Origin: an uncultured bacterium
GTDB lineage: Bacteria > Muiribacteriota > Ozemobacteria > Ozemobacterales > Ozemobacteraceae
Direction of reading: 5' to 3'
NCBI GenBank assembly: GCA_964522035.1
Contig: CAZFUG010000003.1
Coordinates: forward strand, 1-46,857
DNA: 46,857 nt
The notes under the pieces are model-generated. The model had not been told where the DNA came from and did no database searches. It was given only the letters and a program-made list of their open reading frames with translations. Shown here piece by piece: positions 1 through 7,012 of this stretch (positions within the stretch are counted from its first letter, which is position 1; the number at the start of each line of letters is the position of its first letter). A program made the translations under genes and the position numbers.

Positions 1-1
1 C

Positions 2-115
2 GAAAAGTGCGGCCAGGCCCCGAACGTGATGATCGGCGACCAGCTGATCAGCAAGTGCACCTTCGACAAGGCCCGCGAAGCGCTCAACGCCGAACTGAAG
101 AAGAAGACCTCGTAA
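2..115 (+). CDS. 3' end of a thioredoxin-like [2Fe-2S] ferredoxin / NuoE-HndA-type subunit (partial, start lies outside the window)
   Basis: Frame 2 reads ...EKCGQAPNVMIGDQLISKCTFDKAREALNAELKKKTS then TAA (113-115). The C-G-x-A-P-x-M-x-I block near the C-terminus is typical of NuoE-like 2Fe-2S proteins. A GC hairpin follows. Confidence 0.5.
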   Translation, partial: EKCGQAPNVMIGDQLISKCTFDKAREALNAELKKKTS

Positions 116-126
116 TTATGTTTATC

Positions 127-145
127 GGGGCGGCGGCCCCGTTTT
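127..145 (+). terminator. Intrinsic terminator-like hairpin after the partial ferredoxin gene
   Basis: GGGGC-GGCG-GCCCC (127-140) is followed by GTTTT. A longer alternative stem, ATCGGG/GCGGCGG ... CCGCCGC/CCCGAT, spans 124-171. Confidence 0.55.
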
Positions 146-172
146 GTGGGTGCCGCCGCCCGGTTCCCGATT

Positions 173-196
173 CTTGAATCTCTCTATTTTGCCCGC
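173..196. repeat. 24-nt element CTTGAATCTCTcTATTTTGCCCGC (copy 1 of 2)
   Basis: It recurs at 40760-40783 with one mismatch. Both copies sit next to a GC-rich hairpin in non-coding DNA. Confidence 0.8.
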
Positions 197-531
197 ACCG
201 GCGACACAACCTGCCGCCCGTGCGGACTTTTTTTCTCCGGCAGAATCCAGTTCCGCTGCAACCGTGAATTTAAATTTCCGACCTGGCCGGGATTCTGCCT
301 TCCGCGGTCATCTGGAATACGGATATCATTCAAATACGACTGCTTGTAAATGGTAATATAAATTCCCTGCGAAGTCGGAAAGTGGCCGGATTAAATCAGA
401 ACGACCGGCCCGAATTTTCAAGAATACGCAGCAGGTCACCCCTGCAGGCTGAATGGTGACGCTGGGGGGCAGCTTTTTGGCTGATCTTGCAGGCAATTCT
501 TTTTCTATTGCAGCTTCAGGTTTCAGAACAA

Positions 532-1788
532 TCAGATCAGCCAGGCAGGGACAGCCCAGTTTTTTGTGTCGATGGGCAGGAGGTCGCTGGCCATGCAAAT
601 GACGACGCCTTCGCCAATTGCAACTTTCATCTGTTCGAGTTCTCCAGATTTTTCTGGTTCCAGGACCGGTTTGAGAACATCGAAGTTTTTTATGGCAGCT
701 TTGCCAGGCGAAGCGGTTTTTTTGATCTCGATCGGGTAGAGAGTTCCATTCAGGTAGATCATCAGGTCGATTTCTTTTTTGTCCCGATCGCGGTAGTAAA
801 AAAGAGGCGGCTCTTTCCCTTCGTTCAAGAAGCTTTTGTAGATTTCAGAAAACACATAACTCTCAAAAAATGCCCCAGACATGGCACCTTTTTCTAATAT
901 CTCGGCGTTGCTCCATTTGAGGAGGTATGCACACAGGCCAGTATCTAAAAAGTGCATCTGGGGCTGTTTGATTACCCTTTTTAAGACATTGTTGTGATAA
1001 GGCTGAACCAGGGCAACTATATGGGATGAGACCAGAATAGAGAGCCATTTTTTTGCGGTTGGTGCACTGATACCTGATTCTTTTGCGATTTCATCGTAAT
1101 TGACTGGTTTTGAAGTTCTGGCGGCCACAACTGTCATGAAGTTATAAAAAGACATTTCGTCTGCAACCTGGGTTAAGTCTTTGATGTCACGTTGCAGATA
1201 AGTGTTCATGTATGACTGATAATAGGTGCTCAGATCAATTTCAGGATTTACATACAATGCGGGCATGGAGCCTTTGAAAATTCTCTCATAAATCTCTTTC
1301 AACCCCAGCTTTGGCACTTGCTTCATGCGATTCAGCAACTTGTCGGGATCAGTTGAAAAAGCGATGGATGGCGAAGCTTGAATTTCGCTTGTTGACAGGC
1401 CAAGCAGATTTACAACACCCACACGACCAGCAAGCGATTCGCTGACATTTTTCATCAAATGAAACATCTGTGACCCGGTCAACCAGAATTCACCGCTTTT
1501 TCTAGACTTATCAACAGCCATTTTTATATAGGGCAATAACTCGGTGGCATATTGAATTTCATCGATCAGAACCGGTGGTTTATACCTTTGCATAAACAAT
1601 GCCGTGTCATGCCTGGCAAGATAACGTATCTCAGGATCATCTAATGTGACGTATTGTCGCCCTTCCTCTGCCAATTTTTGCAGAAGCGTCGTTTTTCCAA
1701 CTTGTCTTGGGCCGGTGACCAAAAGGACAGGAAAAGTTTTAGAAACCTTGCATACAGCAGTCTCTATGGCGCGTTTGATATACTGCAT
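532..1788 (-). CDS. AAA+ ATPase with C-terminal DUF4143 domain (COG1373-type)
   Basis: 418 aa with Walker A LLVTGPRQVGKTTLL near the N-terminus. The C-terminal ...YYRDRDKKEIDLMI...IEIK block is typical of the DUF4143 nuclease-like fold. SD GAGGTG lies 5 nt before the ATG. Confidence 0.85.
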   Translation of the reverse strand: MQYIKRAIETAVCKVSKTFPVLLVTGPRQVGKTTLLQKLAEEGRQYVTLDDPEIRYLARHDTALFMQRYKPPVLIDEIQYATELLPYIKMAVDKSRKSGEFWLTGSQMFHLMKNVSESLAGRVGVVNLLGLSTSEIQASPSIAFSTDPDKLLNRMKQVPKLGLKEIYERIFKGSMPALYVNPEIDLSTYYQSYMNTYLQRDIKDLTQVADEMSFYNFMTVVAARTSKPVNYDEIAKESGISAPTAKKWLSILVSSHIVALVQPYHNNVLKRVIKQPQMHFLDTGLCAYLLKWSNAEILEKGAMSGAFFESYVFSEIYKSFLNEGKEPPLFYYRDRDKKEIDLMIYLNGTLYPIEIKKTASPGKAAIKNFDVLKPVLEPEKSGELEQMKVAIGEGVVICMASDLLPIDTKNWAVPAWLI

Positions 1789-1803
1789 TGATCACCTCAA
1801 ACC

Positions 1804-1852
1804 TTTGACATGCCGTCAAAACAAGTCAAAATCCATTAAATTCCGTCAAAAC
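1804..1852. promoter_or_regulatory. Repeated TTTTGAC(G/T) motif cluster upstream of the ATPase gene (candidate operator)
   Basis: CCGTCAAAAC occurs at 1813-1822 and 1843-1852. AGTCAAAAT lies between them. An inverted pair TTTGAC-N5-GTCAAA spans 1804-1820. All lie 16-64 nt upstream of the ATG at 1788. Confidence 0.4.
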
Positions 1853-1897
1853 TAAAATATAAATTTAGATTAGCCGGAAAAGAGGCGGCGCGTCAAA

Positions 1898-2143
1898 TTA
1901 AATTTGGCTGCGATTAAAACCAGCATTTCTAAGGGATTCTTCTATGTTATGAAATCTTGAACGACCAGAAGCATTAACAATCAGATCAACATCCCGGGTT
2001 GTTCTGATGCCGCTGAAAGCCTCATCGGTAACAAGAAGAGAGACAACAGAGCCACCCAGAAAAACAACCTGATCTTTTAATTCTGCCGGCAAGCTGCTGG
2101 CAACGGTAAGCAGCATTTGTTCATTTGTAGAAAGTGGTATCAA
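1898..2143 (-). CDS. Short nucleotidyltransferase-like protein, probably a truncated N-terminal fragment (AbiEii/MNT-like)
   Basis: 81 aa carrying a G-G-S ... R-D-V-D-L-I-V pattern (GS-x(n)-DxD minimal NTase signature). Family members are normally 2-3 times longer. The start overlaps the upstream stop (ATGA). Confidence 0.4.
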   Translation of the reverse strand: MIPLSTNEQMLLTVASSLPAELKDQVVFLGGSVVSLLVTDEAFSGIRTTRDVDLIVNASGRSRFHNIEESLRNAGFNRSQI

Positions 2144-2655
2144 TGAACCCCCAACTGCTTTTGCAACTCTTTGGCTGCCAAATCTCGTTCGCGGGCTTGT
2201 CCGCCTCTTATGGCGTCAACCAGAGATAAAAGCTCATATAGCCTCGGATCGGCTTCAGCTGCTTTTGGAGCAGATTTGTATAATGGAAGAAAAGCCTGGC
2301 CGCGAACTTTCCCGTTTGGGTGTGGCCATACTGGCGGGATGCTGCCATCATCAAGCAAGTGTTTTTTTAACGGGTCGGCAGCATGGGCCGTGGGAATACC
2401 TCTGGTTAATTCGCCTCTTTCTGGCGGAAAAACGTAGCGTAAGCCATGTATGATGAACTCATATAATGCACTGGTATTGGGTTGTCTGGTATGCGGGTTG
2501 ATTAAAGAGGATTTAACTGCTCTCTGAAAGCCGGCATGAACCTCAGAGGAACTCATGTATAGCTCTTTTGCAAGAGAAGCAAAGTTCCAGGGCAGGCCAG
2601 CCGAATTTTTTGCGGCCAGTTTGAGAGCGATGACAACATCTTGTGGTTTCAGCAT
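2140..2655 (-). CDS. Conserved hypothetical, wHTH-like N-terminus; upstream partner of the NTase fragment
   Basis: 171 aa. The N-terminal ...ASLAKELYMSSSEVHAGFQRAVKSSLI resembles a helix-turn-helix. It is translationally coupled (ATGA) to the downstream NTase-like ORF, a TA-like two-gene layout. Confidence 0.45.
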   Translation of the reverse strand: MLKPQDVVIALKLAAKNSAGLPWNFASLAKELYMSSSEVHAGFQRAVKSSLINPHTRQPNTSALYEFIIHGLRYVFPPERGELTRGIPTAHAADPLKKHLLDDGSIPPVWPHPNGKVRGQAFLPLYKSAPKAAEADPRLYELLSLVDAIRGGQARERDLAAKELQKQLGVH

Positions 2656-2743
2656 ACTAATATTATATTCGCTATTCGCGAATAGCGCAAAAAATTTTCA
2701 TTATTGATTTTACGGGAGGCCCTGGGGAGCCGGGGGAGGTAGT

Positions 2744-3106
2744 TTATATAAGCGGTGGCTCGATTGCCTGGTCTTGCTCTGGTTCGAGATCTTTGTAATT
2801 GCCGTGCCACAGGTCGAATTTTTCGCCGATTTTCCAGCTCTCGACGTCGGTTCTGCTTTGCAGCCAGGAAATTATTCTCTGCAGTCGTTCTTCGCAATGC
2901 TCCTGCAGACCCAGTTCGACGGCGATATCAAGCATGTTTTTGCTGCCACCGCCACCGCAGTAGCAGTCATTCGCTTCGACTGCTTCCTCTATGAAAGCAT
3001 CAAGAAATTTATCAAAATTATCGCTGCAGTTGCGGTAAATGAGGATCTGGCGCCCCCATTCCGTGAATTCTCCAACATGCTTCTTTTTGCGCATTCTCTT
3101 TTTCAT
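2744..3106 (-). CDS. yggL: YggL family protein (DUF469, 50S ribosome-binding)
   Basis: 120 aa. It is colinear with E. coli YggL: RMRKKKHVGEFTEWG vs RLRKKMHIDEFQELG, and the C-terminal ...FDLWH vs ...FDVWW. Confidence 0.8.
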   Translation of the reverse strand: MKKRMRKKKHVGEFTEWGRQILIYRNCSDNFDKFLDAFIEEAVEANDCYCGGGGSKNMLDIAVELGLQEHCEERLQRIISWLQSRTDVESWKIGEKFDLWHGNYKDLEPEQDQAIEPPLI

Positions 3107-3142
3107 ATAAGCTTTCAGAGAAGATTCGACGAGCCGTTTGAA

Positions 3143-3553
3143 TCAAGATAAAGCCAGTTCAAACTTCTTCTTGTTTTTGATTCGGTAGATCGTGAAATCA
3201 CGGTCTATCGTTGCGATCCTGGTGACATTCAATTCTTCGGCCAGATAAACAAGACAAGCGTCAGCAAAATCCATGGGAAGATCTTTGTATTTGATCGTAA
3301 GATCTCTAAGTCGATTAAATGCAGGCACTTCTATGTTATGGACTTCGACAGCACCCTTGCTGATCCAATCCAGGAAATCGATTTGTGCATTGCGGTTAAA
3401 ATCTAACAGATGAAGCGTTTCTGTTATTGATGCCAGGGTTGTGCTAAGAGGAAATTTGTTTTCCCTGATAAAGGTGACCGCTTTTTTATGGTGTTTGTCA
3501 CTGGCATCAAATAAAGCGATTAACGGGCCTGAATCAATCAGAATTCTTTGCAT
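3143..3553 (-). CDS. vapC: PIN-domain toxin (VapC family)
   Basis: 136 aa. It has the N-terminal ILIDSGPLIALFD motif, the later DFADACLV motif and the TIDRDF acidic motifs of PIN nucleases. It overlaps the upstream antitoxin ORF. Confidence 0.85.
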   Translation of the reverse strand: MQRILIDSGPLIALFDASDKHHKKAVTFIRENKFPLSTTLASITETLHLLDFNRNAQIDFLDWISKGAVEVHNIEVPAFNRLRDLTIKYKDLPMDFADACLVYLAEELNVTRIATIDRDFTIYRIKNKKKFELALS

Positions 3554-3791
3554 TTCTTCTGTCCCGGAGCTTTTGCTTTAAGATTGATTTGCGATTTTCA
3601 GACAGATCAGCCTGCCCGCTGGAATACCTGCCAAAAAGTTCTTTGCCGGAATTCCAGGCATTGTTTTTTTCCAGGTCTTTGAAATATGCCTTTAAGCTTT
3701 TTCGCACAATCTCAGATTTTGGAATGCCAAGCAATTCAGCCAGGTGATTCAGCTTTTCTTCCATGTCTGAGCTTAATCTTAGAGTTAACAT
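3534..3791 (-). CDS. vapB: Ribbon-helix-helix antitoxin (VapB-like)
   Basis: I prefer the start at the internal ATG (MLTLRLSSDMEEKLNHLAELLGIPKSEIVRKSL, an RHH pattern) because SD GAGGTG lies 6 nt upstream. The track ORF begins earlier, at 3842. Confidence 0.8.
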   Translation of the reverse strand: MLTLRLSSDMEEKLNHLAELLGIPKSEIVRKSLKAYFKDLEKNNAWNSGKELFGRYSSGQADLSENRKSILKQKLRDRRNAKNSD

Positions 3792-3802
3792 TTTCACACC
3801 TC

Positions 3803-3825
3803 TTGTATTACAAATTGTAATACAA
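3803..3825. promoter_or_regulatory. Perfect palindromic operator upstream of vapBC
   Basis: TTGTATTACAA-A-TTGTAATACAA has 11-bp perfect arms and lies 12 nt upstream of the vapB start. This fits the classical autoregulation site of a type II TA operon. Confidence 0.65.
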
Positions 3826-3838
3826 TTTATCATTTCTT

Positions 3839-3864
3839 GCAAGCTACACTACGAGCTTGCTTTT
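3839..3864 (+). terminator. Terminator-like hairpin, oriented on the plus strand
   Basis: GCAAGCT-ACACTACG-AGCTTGC is followed by TTTT. No plus-strand gene lies upstream, so its role is unclear (antisense or insulator). Confidence 0.3.
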
Positions 3865-4075
3865 CTGAGGCTGGATTCATCTTTTTTTGCAGGTTAGCAG
3901 GTAGCCGTCGACCATATTATGGAAGATAGGAATAATCTCTGTTTGACAATGTCAGTTAACGAAACTGCTCCTATGCTTAACGGCAGGCCTCTTTTTACGC
4001 CATTTTCGAAATGAGGCCTGTGAATGTATGAGATACTGCAATGATCGCAAGGAATCCGATGTAACTGGAAGACGA

Positions 4076-4735
4076 TTATCGGGATTTTGTGATTTTGAGA
4101 ACGGGTGAAGATTTCTCAGAGTCGGAAAGGTCAATCGCAGCTTCGTGACCACCCGGCAGCATGACCTTTGCAACTGGCTCGGCACGGGTGAGTCGAATGT
4201 CGAAAGGCGCTGTCATGCGTTCTATGATGTTATTGAGATGTTCGGCGTTATTGAATTTCGCACCTGTCTTTTCGGCATGGCCATTTCGGGTAACAGTTAT
4301 CTGGTCATGGCTCAACACACAGATTTCTGAAACATCGCCAGCATCGAGAAATTTCTGGAGAGGGCCAAAACCAAGCATTTCATCGATCAACGCGCTCTGC
4401 ATTGCATCTTTTTCATTTCCGGAAAGTGATAAACCTTCCTTTTCAGCCTGCTCGTCGATCAGTTCGCTTAGACGCCTGTTCAAACAATTCCGCATTTCCA
4501 TATGATCATTTGTATATGCCATTTCACGTGAAATATCTTCAATGGCCGCAGCATGCAGCATGGTTTCAATGGTCTTAAGATCTTTGCTGTCGGCGACCCT
4601 TGCCGGTTTTATATCTGCCATTGGTGAAACCTGCTGATCATTTCTGTCAGAGCTGGTTTCACCGGACGAGTTGCCAATATTCATAAGCGCGAGAACAAGT
4701 ATGATTGCAAAAATCACAATCAATGCCATTACCAT
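4076..4735 (-). CDS. Orphan CpaF/TadA-type (VirB11-like) secretion ATPase N-terminal domain with an added N-terminal TM helix; the ATPase core is absent
   Basis: 219 aa. ...LIDEMLGFGPLQKFLDAGDVSEICV...ITVTRNGH...FNNAEHLNNIIERM...VMLPGG... matches the CpaF N-domain. The ORF stops where the Walker A domain should begin. SD GGAGGA precedes the ATG. Confidence 0.6.
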   Translation of the reverse strand: MVMALIVIFAIILVLALMNIGNSSGETSSDRNDQQVSPMADIKPARVADSKDLKTIETMLHAAAIEDISREMAYTNDHMEMRNCLNRRLSELIDEQAEKEGLSLSGNEKDAMQSALIDEMLGFGPLQKFLDAGDVSEICVLSHDQITVTRNGHAEKTGAKFNNAEHLNNIIERMTAPFDIRLTRAEPVAKVMLPGGHEAAIDLSDSEKSSPVLKITKSR

Positions 4736-4898
4736 TGAGCATTTCCTCCCCTTTTTTGTCCTTCAGATTCTGTATTTTGTCGACAACTCTTATTTCGTGA
4801 AGTCTCTATAAAATACCATACTAATCCTTTGCCACACTAGAATTGCATGGTTTTCCGTTATTCCGGCGAAGGTGGGAATCTTATCGTTAAGAGCTTAG

Positions 4899-4918
4899 AT
4901 CCCTGCTTCCGCAGGGAT
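4899..4918. repeat. REP-like GC hairpin
   Basis: ATCCCTGC-TTCC-GCAGGGAT is a perfect 8-bp stem. It is preceded by a related imperfect hairpin, ATTCCGGCGAAGGTGGGAAT. This sequence type occurs as an intergenic repeat in many bacteria. Confidence 0.4.
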
Positions 4919-4988
4919 GACGCAAAAACTGACGACCCTTGAATTCAAATAGGGCGGAACTGTATTTGCGACTCCAGAGAATCTGGCA

Positions 4989-5110
4989 TAGACGCAAGCT
5001 GATGCCGCCAGAACCTTTTTAAAGGCGGCCCGCAAAGTTTTTAAAGCATTTTTTCCCTTTTTTGCTTTTCAGTTGATTTACCTGCGAGACATGCCCACAA
5101 CCCAAAAAGG
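4989..5110. repeat. ~120-bp direct repeat, copy A (upstream of higBA)
   Basis: It aligns end to end with 5982-6106, including the identical run ATTTTTTCCCTTTTTTGCTTTTCAGTTGATTTACCTG. Confidence 0.85.
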
Positions 5111-5207
5111 AAGGAATTAGCCTGCTCTGTAAAACCGCAGGCATAAATGCTTCAAAAAGATCTCTGCAAACCATATTTTCGTGGGCGAAGAAGGTGTTAT
5201 TTGGACC

Positions 5208-5236
5208 TTGACCTTTTGTAGCTCACAGACTACAAT
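5208..5236 (+). promoter_or_regulatory. Sigma70-type promoter with embedded inverted repeat for higBA
   Basis: TTGACC (5208-5213), a 17-nt spacer, then TACAAT (5231-5236). The inverted repeat TTGTAG-N8-CTACAA (5216-5235) overlaps the spacer and -10. Confidence 0.6.
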
Positions 5237-5252
5237 TATTAGTGAGGGATGA

Positions 5253-5597
5253 ATGAATCAAATCGTTCAAAACTATGTCTTACCAGATGGAACCGAGCCA
5301 ATTGTTGAATGGATTGAAGCCTTAAAAGACATTAAAAGCCGCGCAAGAATTCGTGCGAGAATAAACCGGATAAGAACCGGGAATCCGGGAAAATTCAACG
5401 TAGTTGCACCCGGGATCATGGAAATGAAAATTGATTTCGGACCAGGTTACCGGGTTTATTATGCCCGGGTTGGCAATAAGGTTATTCTGCTTCTTTGCGG
5501 TGGTGATAAACAAACACAACGCGCCGATATCAAGAAGGCCGCTGAGTTTTTAAGCGATTATAAAAGGAGAATGCAGGAATATGACCAAGACAGTTAA
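5253..5597 (+). CDS. higB: RelE/ParE-superfamily toxin, HigB-like (addiction module killer protein)
   Basis: 114 aa. ...EWIEALKD...RARIRARINRI..GNPG......GIMEMKIDFGPGYRVYYARVGNKVILLLCGGDKQTQRADIKKA matches the killer-protein family. The toxin gene precedes the antitoxin, as in hig loci. Confidence 0.85.
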   Translation: MNQIVQNYVLPDGTEPIVEWIEALKDIKSRARIRARINRIRTGNPGKFNVVAPGIMEMKIDFGPGYRVYYARVGNKVILLLCGGDKQTQRADIKKAAEFLSDYKRRMQEYDQDS

Positions 5598-5895
5598 ACC
5601 AGCCAGGGCATACGAAGAAAGCCTGCTGAAGGCTCTTAAAATTCCTGAAGAAGCGGCAGAATATCTTAATGCCTCCCTGGAAGAAGCCATAGAAAGCGAC
5701 AATATCCAGATTTTTCTGCTGGCTCTGAAAGATATCGCCAAAGCCAGGGGAATGACCCGCGTTGCCGGTCTGGCAAAACTTAACAGAGAAAGCATGTATA
5801 AAATGCTTTCAGTTAAAGGGAATCCCGAATTCGGTAGCCTGTGGAACCTATTAGGCTCATTCGGTCTCAAATTTTCCATAGAGGTCAAGAACTGA
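5581..5895 (+). CDS. higA: HigA-family antitoxin (addiction module antidote, HTH)
   Basis: 104 aa. ...YLNASLEE..SDNIQIFLLALKDIAKARGMTRVAGLAKLNRESMYKMLSVKGNPEFGSLWNLLGSFGLKF is the typical antidote-protein signature. It overlaps higB by 17 nt. Confidence 0.85.
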   Translation: MTKTVKPARAYEESLLKALKIPEEAAEYLNASLEEAIESDNIQIFLLALKDIAKARGMTRVAGLAKLNRESMYKMLSVKGNPEFGSLWNLLGSFGLKFSIEVKN

Positions 5896-5981
5896 AATAA
5901 AAGCTTGATCGAGCTAAGAAAAGTTGCCGGGGCTTCTGTTTCCGGCAATTTTTTTCATTTAGGACCCATGTAAACCTGACT

Positions 5982-6106
5982 TAGACGCAATCAAATGCCG
6001 CCAGAACCTTTTCAAAAGTGGCCCGGCAAAATTTTTTAAAATTTTTTCCCTTTTTTGCTTTTCAGTTGATTTACCTGTGACACATGCCCACGGGCAAAAA
6101 ACTGGA
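5982..6106. repeat. ~120-bp direct repeat, copy B (downstream of higBA, immediately upstream of the 6115 gene)
   Basis: See copy A. This copy runs into the SD GGAGGG and ATG of the 6115 ORF. Confidence 0.85.
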
Positions 6107-6114
6107 GGGAAAAA

Positions 6115-6999
6115 ATGTTCAGAGTTAAATTTTTCGGCTTTCTCGCTGCGTTTCTTTTGATTGGTATGATCTGTTCGGCAGCAGACAAGAGTTCTGAAGG
6201 CAGATTTCTGCAGATCATCAGTGGCGAATACAGATTCAGACTGCAGGTGCTCGGTACGAGTCCGATAGCCGAGATTCAAAATGCCACCGCCACTATCTCG
6301 ATCTATAAAAATGAAGCCTCGATCAAGGTGTCGGCTCCTGGATACAACTCCAATTACCGCTCCATTGAGCTGAAAGAAGGTGTCTATTACTATGAAAGTG
6401 TGGTTTACCTGCCTGACCCAACCACTTTCACCTTTCTGCGCGATCATACTCTGAAGCAGATTAAAAACGGAGCTGCCTACCAGGAATGGGAACCCTGCAA
6501 CAAATGCTGGTATGACGAGATCTGTGTTGCCGGCGAGTTTCCCAAAGCGGGTTTTGAAAATCTTTCCGTCAACGACTTTCATGTTCACATCAATTGGACA
6601 CATGATTATGCCTGGCCGCCGCGCGTGTTTATTTTCGACCGCGAAGACAAGTGGGGATTCGAAATCATGGTCGATCGAACCACCATGAAATCCAACAAAA
6701 CTAATAAAATCGATGTCATCATCACCCGCAACGGCGAACACAACCAGCCGCAGACAAAATACCTGCAGCATCTGGCCGCAGCATACGGAGCCGGTCTCGA
6801 AAAGCTAAGCACCGCTGCAGATGAAGCTGACTTTTTGCGCCGGCAGGAACGTCTGGCAGCGACAGCCTCAGAACTGACACGCAATTTTGCGAATCTGAAC
6901 CCGGAAACACAAAACGGGATTCTCGCTCAATTATCAGATGAATGGCCTTTAACCAGAGATCTCAAAAGCATCGCCGCCTTCGCCAATCTTCACAATTAA
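6115..6999 (+). CDS. Secreted hypothetical protein
   Basis: 294 aa with N-terminal signal peptide MFRVKFFGFLAAFLLIGMICSAAD and SD GGAGGG. I recognise no family. Confidence 0.6.
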   Translation: MFRVKFFGFLAAFLLIGMICSAADKSSEGRFLQIISGEYRFRLQVLGTSPIAEIQNATATISIYKNEASIKVSAPGYNSNYRSIELKEGVYYYESVVYLPDPTTFTFLRDHTLKQIKNGAAYQEWEPCNKCWYDEICVAGEFPKAGFENLSVNDFHVHINWTHDYAWPPRVFIFDREDKWGFEIMVDRTTMKSNKTNKIDVIITRNGEHNQPQTKYLQHLAAAYGAGLEKLSTAADEADFLRRQERLAATASELTRNFANLNPETQNGILAQLSDEWPLTRDLKSIAAFANLHN

Positions 7000-7012
7000 C
7001 CCGACCGGTTTA

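Noticed and set aside
326-598. A 90-aa minus-strand ORF, and the 144-356 plus-strand ORFs, in the first intergenic gap.
   Set aside because: None has an SD or any recognisable similarity. One overlaps the 3' end of the ATPase gene, and the region is dominated by hairpins and repeats.
2649-3151. ORFs 2649-2897(-), 2755-2994(+) and 2774-3151(+) overlapping yggL.
   Set aside because: The 2744-3106 minus-strand frame has clear YggL/DUF469 similarity. The others are Arg-rich or featureless overlaps.
5959-6771. A 270-aa minus-strand ORF overlapping the 6115-6999 gene.
   Set aside because: The plus-strand ORF has a strong SD and a signal peptide. The minus-strand translation has no recognisable features and runs through the intergenic repeat.
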